The translations under genes and the position numbers were made by a program. From an uncultured Clostridia bacterium (GTDB lineage Bacteria > Bacillota > Clostridia > TANB77 > CAG-508): a DNA stretch of 32,000 nt. The DNA is taken from positions 13,018 to 45,017 of the forward strand of contig CANQSV010000001.1 in the NCBI GenBank assembly GCA_947626605.1, in the 5' to 3' direction. Shown here piece by piece: positions 18,258 through 27,066 of the stretch. The first letter of the stretch is position 1. Every line of letters begins with the position of its first letter. The notes under the pieces are model-generated. The model worked only from the letters and a program-made list of their open reading frames with translations. It ran no database searches and had not been told where the DNA came from.

Positions 18258-19907
18258 CTATTCTAGAACTTTTACTATCATCTGTTCTAAGTCTTTTAAT
18301 TTCTGATTTAATTTTTCAATATCTTCATCTCTAGTTGATTCTACAAGTATTTCTTTCTTTACAAGTTTTTCCATGTACCTTAATTCTTCTTTTAATAAAC
18401 TTATTCTTTCTATAGCTTCTAATCTTAAAGGTCTATATTGAACAGGTTCATCAACTTTATTAATGTATTTAATTTCTTCATCATCTAGTGAATAGACTTC
18501 TCCAAATTCTGGTATTGTAACTGGAATATGAGTAGTTTCTATTATTTTTTCTCTTAATACTTCTTGTCCTTCTGGTTCTCCATGTACTAGGAATATATGT
18601 TTTGGTTTTGTTATAAAAGAATAAATAAAATTTAATAACCATTCTTGGTCCGCATGTCCTGAATATCCTTCAATATATTCTACTCTCGCATTTACAGCAA
18701 TTTCTTCACCAAATATAGTAACTTCTTTTGCACCTTCTACAATTTTTCTGCCTAGAGTTCCAGGTGCTTGATATCCAACAAATAAAATTGTATTATTAGG
18801 ATTCCACAAATTATGCTTTAGATGATGCTTAATTCTTCCGACTTCGCACATTCCACTTGCTGAAATTATTATTGATGATTCATTACTTTCATTTAATGCT
18901 TTTGATTCATCTGCTGTTTTAGTAAATTTTAATCCTGGAAATTCTAGAGGATTATCACCCTTACTCATCGCTTCTTTTACATCATCATCAAATAAGTCTG
19001 TATTTTGCTTAAAGATTTCTGTAGCTGAAATAGCTAATGGGCTATCCACATATACTGGAACTCTCATAAGAGTTTCATATTTCTTTATAAAATCTGGATC
19101 ATCTTTTGTTTCTTTTAATTTATTTAATTCATACAAAATTTCTTGTGTTCTTCCTACTGCAAATGATGGTATTACTACCGTTCCATTTTTATCTAAAGTT
19201 TCTGAAACAATATTTAAAAACAATTCTGCTTTATTTTCATTTTGCATATGATGTCTATTTCCATATGTTGATTCCATTACTAAATAATCTGCAGTTTCAA
19301 TCATTGTAGGAGAGGCCAAAAGTGGTAAGTCATTATTTCCTAAATCTCCAGAGAAAACTATTTTTTCCGTCTTTCCATTTTCTGTAACCCAAACCTCAAT
19401 TATGCTAGAACCTAACATATGACCTGCATCATTAAAACGAACTTTTATATCTGCATTGACATCTACTATTTCATCATATTTAACTGGATGAAATATTTCT
19501 AAACACTCTATTGCTTCTTCTGCTGTATATAATGGGTCTAATGGTTTTTCGCCCTTTCTAACTCTTTTCTTGTTTTTCCACTCAATTTCCATTTCTTGTA
19601 TATGTCCACTATCTGGAAGCATAATACTACATAAATCGCATGTTGCTTTTGTTGCAATTATTTGTTTTCTAAATCCTTCTTTATATAATTTAGGTATTCT
19701 TCCTGAATGATCAATATGTGCATGTGTTAATAGCATAAAGTCTATTTCGTTTACATTAAACGCAAATTCATCATAGTTTTTATCTTGTTCTCTTACTTCT
19801 ACTCCTTGATACATTCCGCAATCTACTATAAATTTATATTTATCTGTTTCTATTAAAAAATTAGAACCTGTAACAGTTTTTGTCGCTCCTAAAAAAGTTA
19901 TATTCAT
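18258..19907 (-). CDS. Metallo-beta-lactamase-fold beta-CASP family RNase (CPSF/TTHA0252-like)
   Basis: The N-terminus FLGATKTVTGSNFLIETDKYKFIVDCGMYQG...LLTHAHIDHSGRIPKL matches bacterial CPSF-like beta-CASP nucleases. It has a C-terminal coiled-coil tail. RBS GAGGGAGA. Confidence 0.8.
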   Translation of the reverse strand: MNITFLGATKTVTGSNFLIETDKYKFIVDCGMYQGVEVREQDKNYDEFAFNVNEIDFMLLTHAHIDHSGRIPKLYKEGFRKQIIATKATCDLCSIMLPDSGHIQEMEIEWKNKKRVRKGEKPLDPLYTAEEAIECLEIFHPVKYDEIVDVNADIKVRFNDAGHMLGSSIIEVWVTENGKTEKIVFSGDLGNNDLPLLASPTMIETADYLVMESTYGNRHHMQNENKAELFLNIVSETLDKNGTVVIPSFAVGRTQEILYELNKLKETKDDPDFIKKYETLMRVPVYVDSPLAISATEIFKQNTDLFDDDVKEAMSKGDNPLEFPGLKFTKTADESKALNESNESSIIISASGMCEVGRIKHHLKHNLWNPNNTILFVGYQAPGTLGRKIVEGAKEVTIFGEEIAVNARVEYIEGYSGHADQEWLLNFIYSFITKPKHIFLVHGEPEGQEVLREKIIETTHIPVTIPEFGEVYSLDDEEIKYINKVDEPVQYRPLRLEAIERISLLKEELRYMEKLVKKEILVESTRDEDIEKLNQKLKDLEQMIVKVLE

Positions 19908-19930
19908 ACTTTCTATCTCCCTCTTTATTT

Positions 19931-22333
19931 TTATTCTGCAGTTTCCCCTTTTGATGACATTTTTAATTCTGCTAATCTTTCAACTGTCATTAATACTTGA
20001 CGCGGTTTACTTCCTTCATAACCAGAAATAATACCTCTTTCTTCCATCTGATCCATAATTCTTCCAGCACGAGCATATCCTACTTTAAACTTTCTTTGTA
20101 TGAATGATGTTGAAGCAGTTCCTGTTTCTACAACTGTTTCTATTGCATCCATTAAAAATGGATCTGTTTCATCATCTTCACTTGCTTGTTCCTTTAACTC
20201 TTTATCAGATTTATTAGCATTTTCTATTGATTGTATAATATCTTCGCTATATGTAACTTCTCCTCCATTAGATTTTAAGAAGTCTACAATATTTTCTACT
20301 TCTTTATCTGATACAAATGCACCTTGAATTCTCATAGGTTTTGGAACCCCAGTTGGATAGAATAGCATATCTCCTTTTCCCAATAACTTTTCTGCACCTG
20401 CCATATCTAAAATAGTTCTTGAATCTACTTGTGATGAAACTGCGAAAGCAATTCTTGAAGGAATATTTGCTTTAATCAAACCTGTTATAACATCAACTGA
20501 TGGTCTTTGTGTTGCAATAACCAAATGCATACCTGCAGCTCTTGCTTTTTGAGCCAATCTACAAATTGCATCCTCAACATCATTCTTTGCTACCATCATT
20601 AAATCAGCTAACTCATCTATAATTATTACTATATGTGGTAATTTACCTGCTCCCTCTTCTTCTTTTAAAGCTTCATTATATCCTTCTATATTTCTAGCAC
20701 CTTTTTCTGCAAAAGATGCATATCTATTTTCCATTTCCTGAACTGCCCATGCAAGAGCACCTGCTGCTTTTTTAGGATCTGTAACAACTGGTATTAGTAG
20801 ATGTGGAATCCCATTGTAAACAGAAAGTTCAACAATTTTAGGATCTACCATTACCAATTTTACTTCACTTGGTTTTGCTTTATAAATTATGCTTGTAATT
20901 AAAGTATTTATACAAACACTCTTACCAGATCCTGTACTACCTGCTACTAAAACGTGAGGCATTTTTGCTATATCTGTTACAACTGCTTGTCCACTAACAT
21001 CTTTACCTAATCCTACAGCCAACTTTGATTTAGCATCAACAAAATCATCTGACTCTAGAATATCTCTTAAATGTACTGTTTCATTTTCTGTGTTTGGTAT
21101 TTCAATTCCTACTGCTTGTTTTCCAGGTATAGGAGCTTCTATTCTTATTGATTCTGCCTTTAAATTAAGTGCTATATCATCTGCTAAATTTGCAATTTTA
21201 CTAACCCTTACTCCTTCTGCTGGCTTTAGTTCATATCTAGTAATTGCTGGTCCTACAGAAACATTTTCTACTTTTGCTGATACCCCAAAACTATATAATG
21301 TTTTTTGCAATTTCGTAGCAGTTTCCGTAACTGCCTTTTTTCCACCCTTTACTACTCTTGAAGTTCCTTCTTGTAATAAGCTAATAGGAGGAGTAATATA
21401 ATTTTCATCATCCATAATTAGAGTTTGATGTTCTAAATTTAAAACTTCTTTAGTTTTGTCAATTTTTTCTTCTTCCTTCTTTTCAAATAAATTTCCCTCG
21501 TCATTTGACGGTATTGAAGAACCTCCTGTTATATCATTTGCTATTTCTGTTATTGATTGTTTAGCTTTTTTAGGTTTTCTTTCGTTCAAATTTATTGTCA
21601 TTTGATCTTCTGTAGCTTCTAAACTATTTTGAATCATAGCTGCTTTTCTCGCAGCTCTCTCTTCTTTCTCACGTTCTCTCTCTAGTCTTTTTTCTTCTCT
21701 AAGTTGCTTTTTAGCATTAATTCTTTCTTCTCTAATTCGAGCTCTTTCATCATCATCCTCTTCATATTTTTCATTTAATCGTTCTTTTCTTCTGTCAGTA
21801 AAATCCTCTATATACTCCGCTAATAACTCACTTGGTTGGATTCCACAAATAAACATTACTAAAACTGTAGCAATACCTATAGATAAAACTACTGCACCGA
21901 ATTTTCCTAAAAGTTTAGCAAGTGGTACTGCAACTAATGCGCCAATTGCTCCTCCTCCCATATTCTTTTCACCTAATTCATAGGCTTCTTGTATAACAGT
22001 TTCGAAATTATTATCAATATTTAGATTTTCTGTCGAAATTTGGTATATAGTCATTGAATTAGCTATACATAATAAAACCACTATATATTGTAATACTTTT
22101 GCCCTGAAAAGCTCTTTATTGTTACATGCTAATAGTATTGCTACTGCAAATGTTCCTAAAGGGAAAATGTATTTTATACATCCCATCAATCCTCCTAATA
22201 TAGGATTTATATATTGTCCCATATATCCAGAATTGGTATAGATCAAAATTGTTAGTAATATGCTTATAATTATTAATGATACAATCAAGCCATCTGCTTG
22301 TTTCTTCTTATTTTTCCTTTTTCTTCTTGCCAT
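19931..22333 (-). CDS. ftsK: DNA translocase FtsK/SpoIIIE
   Basis: N-terminal TM helices, a charged linker, the motor domain with Walker A GSTGSGKS and Walker B IVIIIDELADL, and a C-terminal gamma winged helix (FIQRKFKVGYARAGRIMDQMEERGII). Confidence 0.95.
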   Translation of the reverse strand: MARRKRKNKKKQADGLIVSLIIISILLTILIYTNSGYMGQYINPILGGLMGCIKYIFPLGTFAVAILLACNNKELFRAKVLQYIVVLLCIANSMTIYQISTENLNIDNNFETVIQEAYELGEKNMGGGAIGALVAVPLAKLLGKFGAVVLSIGIATVLVMFICGIQPSELLAEYIEDFTDRRKERLNEKYEEDDDERARIREERINAKKQLREEKRLEREREKEERAARKAAMIQNSLEATEDQMTINLNERKPKKAKQSITEIANDITGGSSIPSNDEGNLFEKKEEEKIDKTKEVLNLEHQTLIMDDENYITPPISLLQEGTSRVVKGGKKAVTETATKLQKTLYSFGVSAKVENVSVGPAITRYELKPAEGVRVSKIANLADDIALNLKAESIRIEAPIPGKQAVGIEIPNTENETVHLRDILESDDFVDAKSKLAVGLGKDVSGQAVVTDIAKMPHVLVAGSTGSGKSVCINTLITSIIYKAKPSEVKLVMVDPKIVELSVYNGIPHLLIPVVTDPKKAAGALAWAVQEMENRYASFAEKGARNIEGYNEALKEEEGAGKLPHIVIIIDELADLMMVAKNDVEDAICRLAQKARAAGMHLVIATQRPSVDVITGLIKANIPSRIAFAVSSQVDSRTILDMAGAEKLLGKGDMLFYPTGVPKPMRIQGAFVSDKEVENIVDFLKSNGGEVTYSEDIIQSIENANKSDKELKEQASEDDETDPFLMDAIETVVETGTASTSFIQRKFKVGYARAGRIMDQMEERGIISGYEGSKPRQVLMTVERLAELKMSSKGETAE

Positions 22334-22392
22334 TCTACATCCTCCTAGATTTATTATTATGTATAATTAGTAAATTCTATTTTTAGCTAAAT

Positions 22393-22418
22393 AAGGGCGG
22401 ACAGAACTGTCCGCCCTT
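22393..22418 (-). terminator. Intrinsic terminator after the coiled-coil protein gene
   Basis: GC-rich stem AAGGGCGGACAG / CTGTCCGCCCTT, starting 8 nt below the stop at 22426. Confidence 0.7.
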
Positions 22419-22425
22419 ATTTAAT

Positions 22426-22929
22426 TTATTTAAGCTCTTTCCTGTTATTTTGTATTGTTTTTAATTCTTCCTGTAGAGTTACTGCAACTTTTGTTAATTC
22501 TTCATCAAGAGTATTAGACACTTTCGTTAAAACTTCTTCAACAACTGTAGATACCTTTTCCAATACATTATCTGCATAATCTTTTGTACCTCTAGATACT
22601 TCTCTTGACATTATATTAGCTTCTTCTAAAATTGTCTGTTTTTGATCATATGCTTGTCTTGTAATTTCATGTTCATCTACCATTGCAATTATTCTATTTT
22701 CAGCTTCTTTTACAATCTCATCTGCTTCTTTTTTAGCTTCTACAATTATTCTTTCTCTCTCCTCTTTTACCCATTTAGCTTGTTTCAATTCATCTGGTAA
22801 CTTTAGATTTATTTCATTAATTAGTTCTATCAATTCTTCTTTATCTACAATTACCTTGCCTGAAAAAGGTACTTTTTTAGCATTCTCTAATTGTTCCTCT
22901 AAACTATCTAATAATGTATATATTTCCAT
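22426..22929 (-). CDS. Coiled-coil protein of unknown function (ATP-synthase-b/DivIVA-like heptad character)
   Basis: 167 aa, strongly helical and charged. The start is 2 nt after the rsmD stop, with an AAAGGGG RBS inside the end of rsmD. Confidence 0.65.
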   Translation of the reverse strand: MEIYTLLDSLEEQLENAKKVPFSGKVIVDKEELIELINEINLKLPDELKQAKWVKEERERIIVEAKKEADEIVKEAENRIIAMVDEHEITRQAYDQKQTILEEANIMSREVSRGTKDYADNVLEKVSTVVEEVLTKVSNTLDEELTKVAVTLQEELKTIQNNRKELK

Positions 22930-22931
22930 TT

Positions 22932-23486
22932 TTACCCCTTTCGATTTAAGAATATCAATTTTGCCCTTCCATAAACTCTGAAGTCATAAATATTGATGTT
23001 TATTTTATTTAAATTTTCTAGGTCTCTTTTCTCTTCATCTGTTTCGACAATAATAATTCCATTCTCATTTAATATATTTAATTCAAGAATTTTTTCTACT
23101 GCCTTACCTACCAAATTAAATTTATAAGGTGGATCTAAAAATATAATATCAAACTTATAATTTTTTAATTCCTCCAAAGCTTTTAAGTAATCTTTAGTAA
23201 TAATTGTAGATTTATCTTTTAAATGTGTCTTTTCAATATTCTTTTTCAAAATTTCTGAAGCCTTATAAGAATTATCACAGAAGACTGCATGCTTTGCTCC
23301 CCTGCTAAGTGACTCTAAACCAAGTGCACCACTTCCTGCAAATAAATCCAAAACATTAGAGTCAAGAATTTTCAACTGTATAATACTAAATAGTGATTCC
23401 TTAACTCTATCTAATGTTGGGCGAGTATCATTTCCTTCCAATGTATATAAGTTTGTACCTCTAGCTGTTCCACTTATAATTCTCAT
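22932..23486 (-). CDS. rsmD: 16S rRNA (guanine966-N2)-methyltransferase
   Basis: MRIISGTARG...RPTLDRVKESLFSI...LDLFAGSGALGLESLSRGA...FLDPPY. Confidence 0.9.
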   Translation of the reverse strand: MRIISGTARGTNLYTLEGNDTRPTLDRVKESLFSIIQLKILDSNVLDLFAGSGALGLESLSRGAKHAVFCDNSYKASEILKKNIEKTHLKDKSTIITKDYLKALEELKNYKFDIIFLDPPYKFNLVGKAVEKILELNILNENGIIIVETDEEKRDLENLNKININIYDFRVYGRAKLIFLNRKG

Positions 23487-23512
23487 AAAATACCTCTTTT
23501 ACTATATAATAC

Positions 23513-23540
23513 ATTTTATAATTTTTAGAAAATAAGTCAA
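23513..23540 (-). promoter_or_regulatory. Sigma-A-type promoter of rsmD
   Basis: On the minus strand, TTGACT (23535-23540), 16 nt, TAAAAT (23513-23518). Confidence 0.55.
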
Positions 23541-23644
23541 TAGTATTAATATAATTGTAATACACATTTAACGTTCCTGTCATATTGATTGTTTCCGCTT
23601 TTTTTCAACTATAAATTCATGTTTTTTTCATGTATTTTTTACAA

Positions 23645-23687
23645 ATTGCAAAACATAAAGACAGGGAATTAACATAATTCCTTGTCT
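23645..23687 (-). terminator. Intrinsic terminator of divIVA
   Basis: Stem AGACAGGGAATT (23659-23670) / AATTCCTTGTCT (23676-23687) with one G-U pair. On the minus strand it is followed by UUAUGUUUUG. Confidence 0.7.
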
Positions 23688-23707
23688 GTCTTTAGTAAAA
23701 TAACTAA

Positions 23708-24160
23708 TTAATTTTCATCATTAACATCTTTCAAAAGTTCTAACTGAGATATTAATAATGATTCCATTTTAGCTTTATATATATCGAATTGCCTTTGAAT
23801 TTCCTCTAGTTCTTTTCTTTTATCTTTAATTTCTGTTTCTAAGATTTCTACTTGCTTTTTAGCATTAATTTGTGCATCAGCTACAATTTGTTCTGCTTGC
23901 TGTTTTGCAATATTCTTAACATCTTCAGCTGTAGTTTGAGCCATGAGTAATGTGTTTTGTAAAGTATTTTCGATTGTTTTATATTGAACTAAGCTATTAT
24001 TTAATTCGTCTATTTTATCTTTTAATGATGTGTTTTCTTTATAGATTTTCTCATAATCATTAGTTACTTCATCCAAAAAATCGTCGACCTCAAACACATT
24101 ATACCCATTTACTTTTTTTCTTGAAAATCTTTTATTTTCTATATCTAATGGTGTTAGCAT
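23708..24160 (-). CDS. divIVA: Cell division protein DivIVA
   Basis: N-terminus MLTPLDIENKRFSRKKVNGYNVFEVDDFLDEV followed by a coiled coil. Confidence 0.9.
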   Translation of the reverse strand: MLTPLDIENKRFSRKKVNGYNVFEVDDFLDEVTNDYEKIYKENTSLKDKIDELNNSLVQYKTIENTLQNTLLMAQTTAEDVKNIAKQQAEQIVADAQINAKKQVEILETEIKDKRKELEEIQRQFDIYKAKMESLLISQLELLKDVNDEN

Positions 24161-24239
24161 ATTTCCCTCCTTAAAATGAATGGATGCTAGATATTAATTT
24201 AAGATAAACCTCAAATATTTTCTAACACCAACCTTCAAA

Positions 24240-24710
24240 TTAATTATTATTTTTTAGCCATGAAACTGATATTTTGCTTTTCAATTCTTCATGTGCAGTT
24301 TCATTTGAAATTTCATAGTTTATTGGAGCTGCCAAGAAAATAGAATTAGAAATTTTTTGCATATGGCCATCCAAAGCTGCAACTCCTCCACTAACAAAAT
24401 CAACAATTCTTCTTGCAACATCCTTGTTAACATATTCTAAATTTATTATTATTGATTTTTTTTCTTTTAGAGCCATACAAATTTCTTCTGATTCTTCAAA
24501 AGTTGTTGGTTGTTTAATTACCATTTTAACTTGTTGTACTTGTGGCATATTAACTACTTTATTTTTCTTTCCGAATAACTTTTTTTCTTCGTATTCTTCT
24601 TCTTGAATATCCTCGTTTTCATAATCATATCCTTGATTCTCAAAGTCTTCGTCTTGATTTGTTTCAACTCCGAAGAAATCCATTACTTTATTGATTATTG
24701 CTCCTGCCAT
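24240..24710 (-). CDS. sepF: Cell division protein SepF
   Basis: Acidic linker, then the conserved C-terminal domain (VVNMPQ...IKQPTTFEESEEICMALKEKKSIIINLEYVNKDVARRIVDFVSGGVAALDGHMQKISNSIFLAAP). Confidence 0.9.
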   Translation of the reverse strand: MAGAIINKVMDFFGVETNQDEDFENQGYDYENEDIQEEEYEEKKLFGKKNKVVNMPQVQQVKMVIKQPTTFEESEEICMALKEKKSIIINLEYVNKDVARRIVDFVSGGVAALDGHMQKISNSIFLAAPINYEISNETAHEELKSKISVSWLKNNN

Positions 24711-24915
24711 TTAAAAAACCTCCTAATTTTTTCATTGGTATCATATTGATTATAGTATCTTACTTTTTTTTTTTATTGTCAATACTTTTTATTGTTATAT
24801 TTGTTTTTTAACGTTTTTGTAACATTTCTGTAATATAGGCGTCATCTATGTTTCCGGCTTTAATAATATTTCATCATATAAATTGATACTTGGAATAGCT
24901 TTTATTTCTTCACTT

Positions 24916-26088
24916 TTATAGCCGAAGTTCTTTTAACTCTTCTGTTGTATAATTGTCGACTAAAGAAAATTTACCATTTTCTCTTAATATTTTTACAGGA
25001 ATTTTGTCAGTATATCCCGCTCTATTCCTTATTACATAGCTAGTTCCATTTTCTCTTATAATAGATGCCTCTGGTACTTTTAATCCTGAAGCACTCCACC
25101 ATATTATATCTATTGATACTTTCCTATAATTTATTAAGTACTCAACATCTTTTTTTATTTCAAAAACTATAATTTTAGAATCTTTAGACGCATCATTTAT
25201 ACTTTTTATTTCTGCATCTATTTCTTGAGTATTTGCTAAACGTATTTTTACAAAATCATTTACTTTTGCATTTCTAGCTTCATCTGAATCAACTATTGTC
25301 GCTATATAACATTTAAAGTTATCAACTATTTTTCCACATTCTGAACTTGTCCCTACTAATTGACCTGTTTTAATGCTTATATTTTCAAGTTGTTCTTCTG
25401 TAATTTTTGAGAAGTCCTTAGTACTAAAATAATCCTCATATCCATCAATTTTATATGAAACAATTCCACTTTTTTTTGATTTTACATATTCTGAATTTGC
25501 TATTAATTTTTTTTCATATTTTTCTTTTTCTGACAATATTTCACTTATGTAAGAGCCTGATGGGCTAAGTTCTCCTATTATTTTAGCTTTCTTTGTCATT
25601 GTCTTGTTTAATTGTTTTTTATATTCCACTATTTCAGTTAAATCATTCGTGCTAGATATTTTTTCTATTAATTCACTAATCTGTTTATTTAGTATTTTTA
25701 TATCATTAGTAAAAATTGTTTTCTCTCCATCTAGTGCTTTCTGATATTGTATATCTAGTTCTGCAATTTTTTGCAATATTTCTTCTTCGTCATTTGTATA
25801 ATATCTAAATACCTGACTTCCTTTAGAAACTTTCTCACCTTCGTTTTTAATTTGCACTATTCCATTTTTGTAATTTTCTCCCTTAAGAACATTTTCATCC
25901 CTTATTATATACCCTACTACAGTATCATTTTTTTCTATTGTTCCTTTTTCAATAACAACTATATCAGTAGGATGAAATATTAATCCTAACACTCTGTTTC
26001 CGAAAATAATGCATATTAAAATTATAATTATAATTAATATTACACTGGTCTTACTAATAGAAGATTCTTTATTATCTTTGTTTGACAA
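24916..26088 (-). CDS. Single-pass membrane protein with an HlyD/membrane-fusion-like architecture (barrel-coiled coil-barrel)
   Basis: TTG start at 26088, 9 nt after GAGGTGA. N-terminal TM helix, a lipoyl-like segment (GYIIRDENVLKGENYKNGIVQIKNEGEKVSKGSQVF), a central coiled coil, and a C-terminal beta region. Confidence 0.5.
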   Translation of the reverse strand: MSNKDNKESSISKTSVILIIIIILICIIFGNRVLGLIFHPTDIVVIEKGTIEKNDTVVGYIIRDENVLKGENYKNGIVQIKNEGEKVSKGSQVFRYYTNDEEEILQKIAELDIQYQKALDGEKTIFTNDIKILNKQISELIEKISSTNDLTEIVEYKKQLNKTMTKKAKIIGELSPSGSYISEILSEKEKYEKKLIANSEYVKSKKSGIVSYKIDGYEDYFSTKDFSKITEEQLENISIKTGQLVGTSSECGKIVDNFKCYIATIVDSDEARNAKVNDFVKIRLANTQEIDAEIKSINDASKDSKIIVFEIKKDVEYLINYRKVSIDIIWWSASGLKVPEASIIRENGTSYVIRNRAGYTDKIPVKILRENGKFSLVDNYTTEELKELRL

Positions 26089-26132
26089 TTTCTTTTTTCA
26101 CCTCATTTGTACTATTACATAAATTAATGTTA

Positions 26133-27053
26133 TCATTTATTTTCTATATCACTTAATATAATCTCAATATTATTTTCTGTCTTTTCTAACGCATTAATCC
26201 ATACAGTTTGTTTATTCTTTTTAAACCAAGTTATCTGCCTTTTAGCATATCTTCTTGTTTCCAGTTTTATCTTTTCAATCATTTCATTATATGTGATATT
26301 AGATTCTAAATAATCCTTTACTTCTTTATATCCAAGCCCTTGCATTGCTGTTGGAAATTCTTTATATTTTTTTAGTAAATTTTTTACTTCATCAACTAAC
26401 CCTTGCTCTATCATTAAATCAACTCTTTGATTTATTCTATCATATAGCAATTGTCTATCCATATTCAAAGCAAAAATATGATAATCATATTTTACCTCTT
26501 TTCTGGATTCCCTTTCTTGCTCTGTTTTTGTTTTTCCAGTCTCATGATATATTTCCAAAACTCTCATTATTCTTTTTCTATCATTACTACTTATTTTTTT
26601 CATTGCTATAGGATCAATCTTTGTAGCTTCATTGTATAATTGTTCTAATCCTTGTTCATCACATATTTTTTCTAGTTTTTTTCTGTATTCTTCATCAAAT
26701 TTCACTTCTGTATATTCTATTCCATAAATTAAAGAATCTATATATAAACCTGTTCCACCTACCACTATAGGCACTTTTCCTTTTTTCAATATTTCTACTA
26801 TAGCTTCTTCAGCTTGTTTTTTAAAATCTGCAACACTATATCTAATATTAGGTTCTATAAAGTCTAATAAATAATGTTTAATTCCTTCTCTCTCTTCTTC
26901 AGTTGGCTTTGCTGCTCCTATATTCATATCCTTATATATTTGCATTGAATCTGCCGAAATTATTTCACCATTTATCCTTTTAGCTAGTTTAATAGATAAT
27001 GCAGTTTTACCTGAAGCTGTTGGACCGCAAATTACTACAACCTTAGGTTTCAT
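26133..27053 (-). CDS. miaA: tRNA dimethylallyltransferase
   Basis: VVICGPTASGKTALSIKLAKRINGEIISADSMQIYKDMNIGAAKPT... RBS AGGAG. It follows mutL, as in many bacteria. Confidence 0.95.
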   Translation of the reverse strand: MKPKVVVICGPTASGKTALSIKLAKRINGEIISADSMQIYKDMNIGAAKPTEEEREGIKHYLLDFIEPNIRYSVADFKKQAEEAIVEILKKGKVPIVVGGTGLYIDSLIYGIEYTEVKFDEEYRKKLEKICDEQGLEQLYNEATKIDPIAMKKISSNDRKRIMRVLEIYHETGKTKTEQERESRKEVKYDYHIFALNMDRQLLYDRINQRVDLMIEQGLVDEVKNLLKKYKEFPTAMQGLGYKEVKDYLESNITYNEMIEKIKLETRRYAKRQITWFKKNKQTVWINALEKTENNIEIILSDIENK

Positions 27054-27066
27054 ATCATACTCCTGT

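Noticed and set aside
9451-21401. Other short antisense ORFs inside valS, ftsK, radA, the GH15 gene and others (for example 9451-9657, 10255-10482, 14779-15105, 21090-21401)
   Set aside because: Each lies wholly within a strongly supported gene on the other strand and lacks an RBS. Their hydrophobic or low-complexity translations are typical of the reverse frames of AT-rich genes.
23571-23598. ECF-sigma-like promoter GGAAAC-N17-CGTT upstream of rsmD
   Set aside because: The similar motif pair upstream of sepF does not keep the 17-nt spacing, and a good sigma-A promoter already lies closer to rsmD. The similarity is reported only as a shared-motif observation.
23619-23672. 17-codon plus-strand ORF (MFFSCIFYKLQNIKTGN) in the divIVA-rsmD spacer, and a 25-codon basic ORF at about 29921-29998
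   Set aside because: Neither has a Shine-Dalgarno sequence, and both overlap terminator or promoter elements of the minus-strand genes. ORFs of this size are expected by chance.
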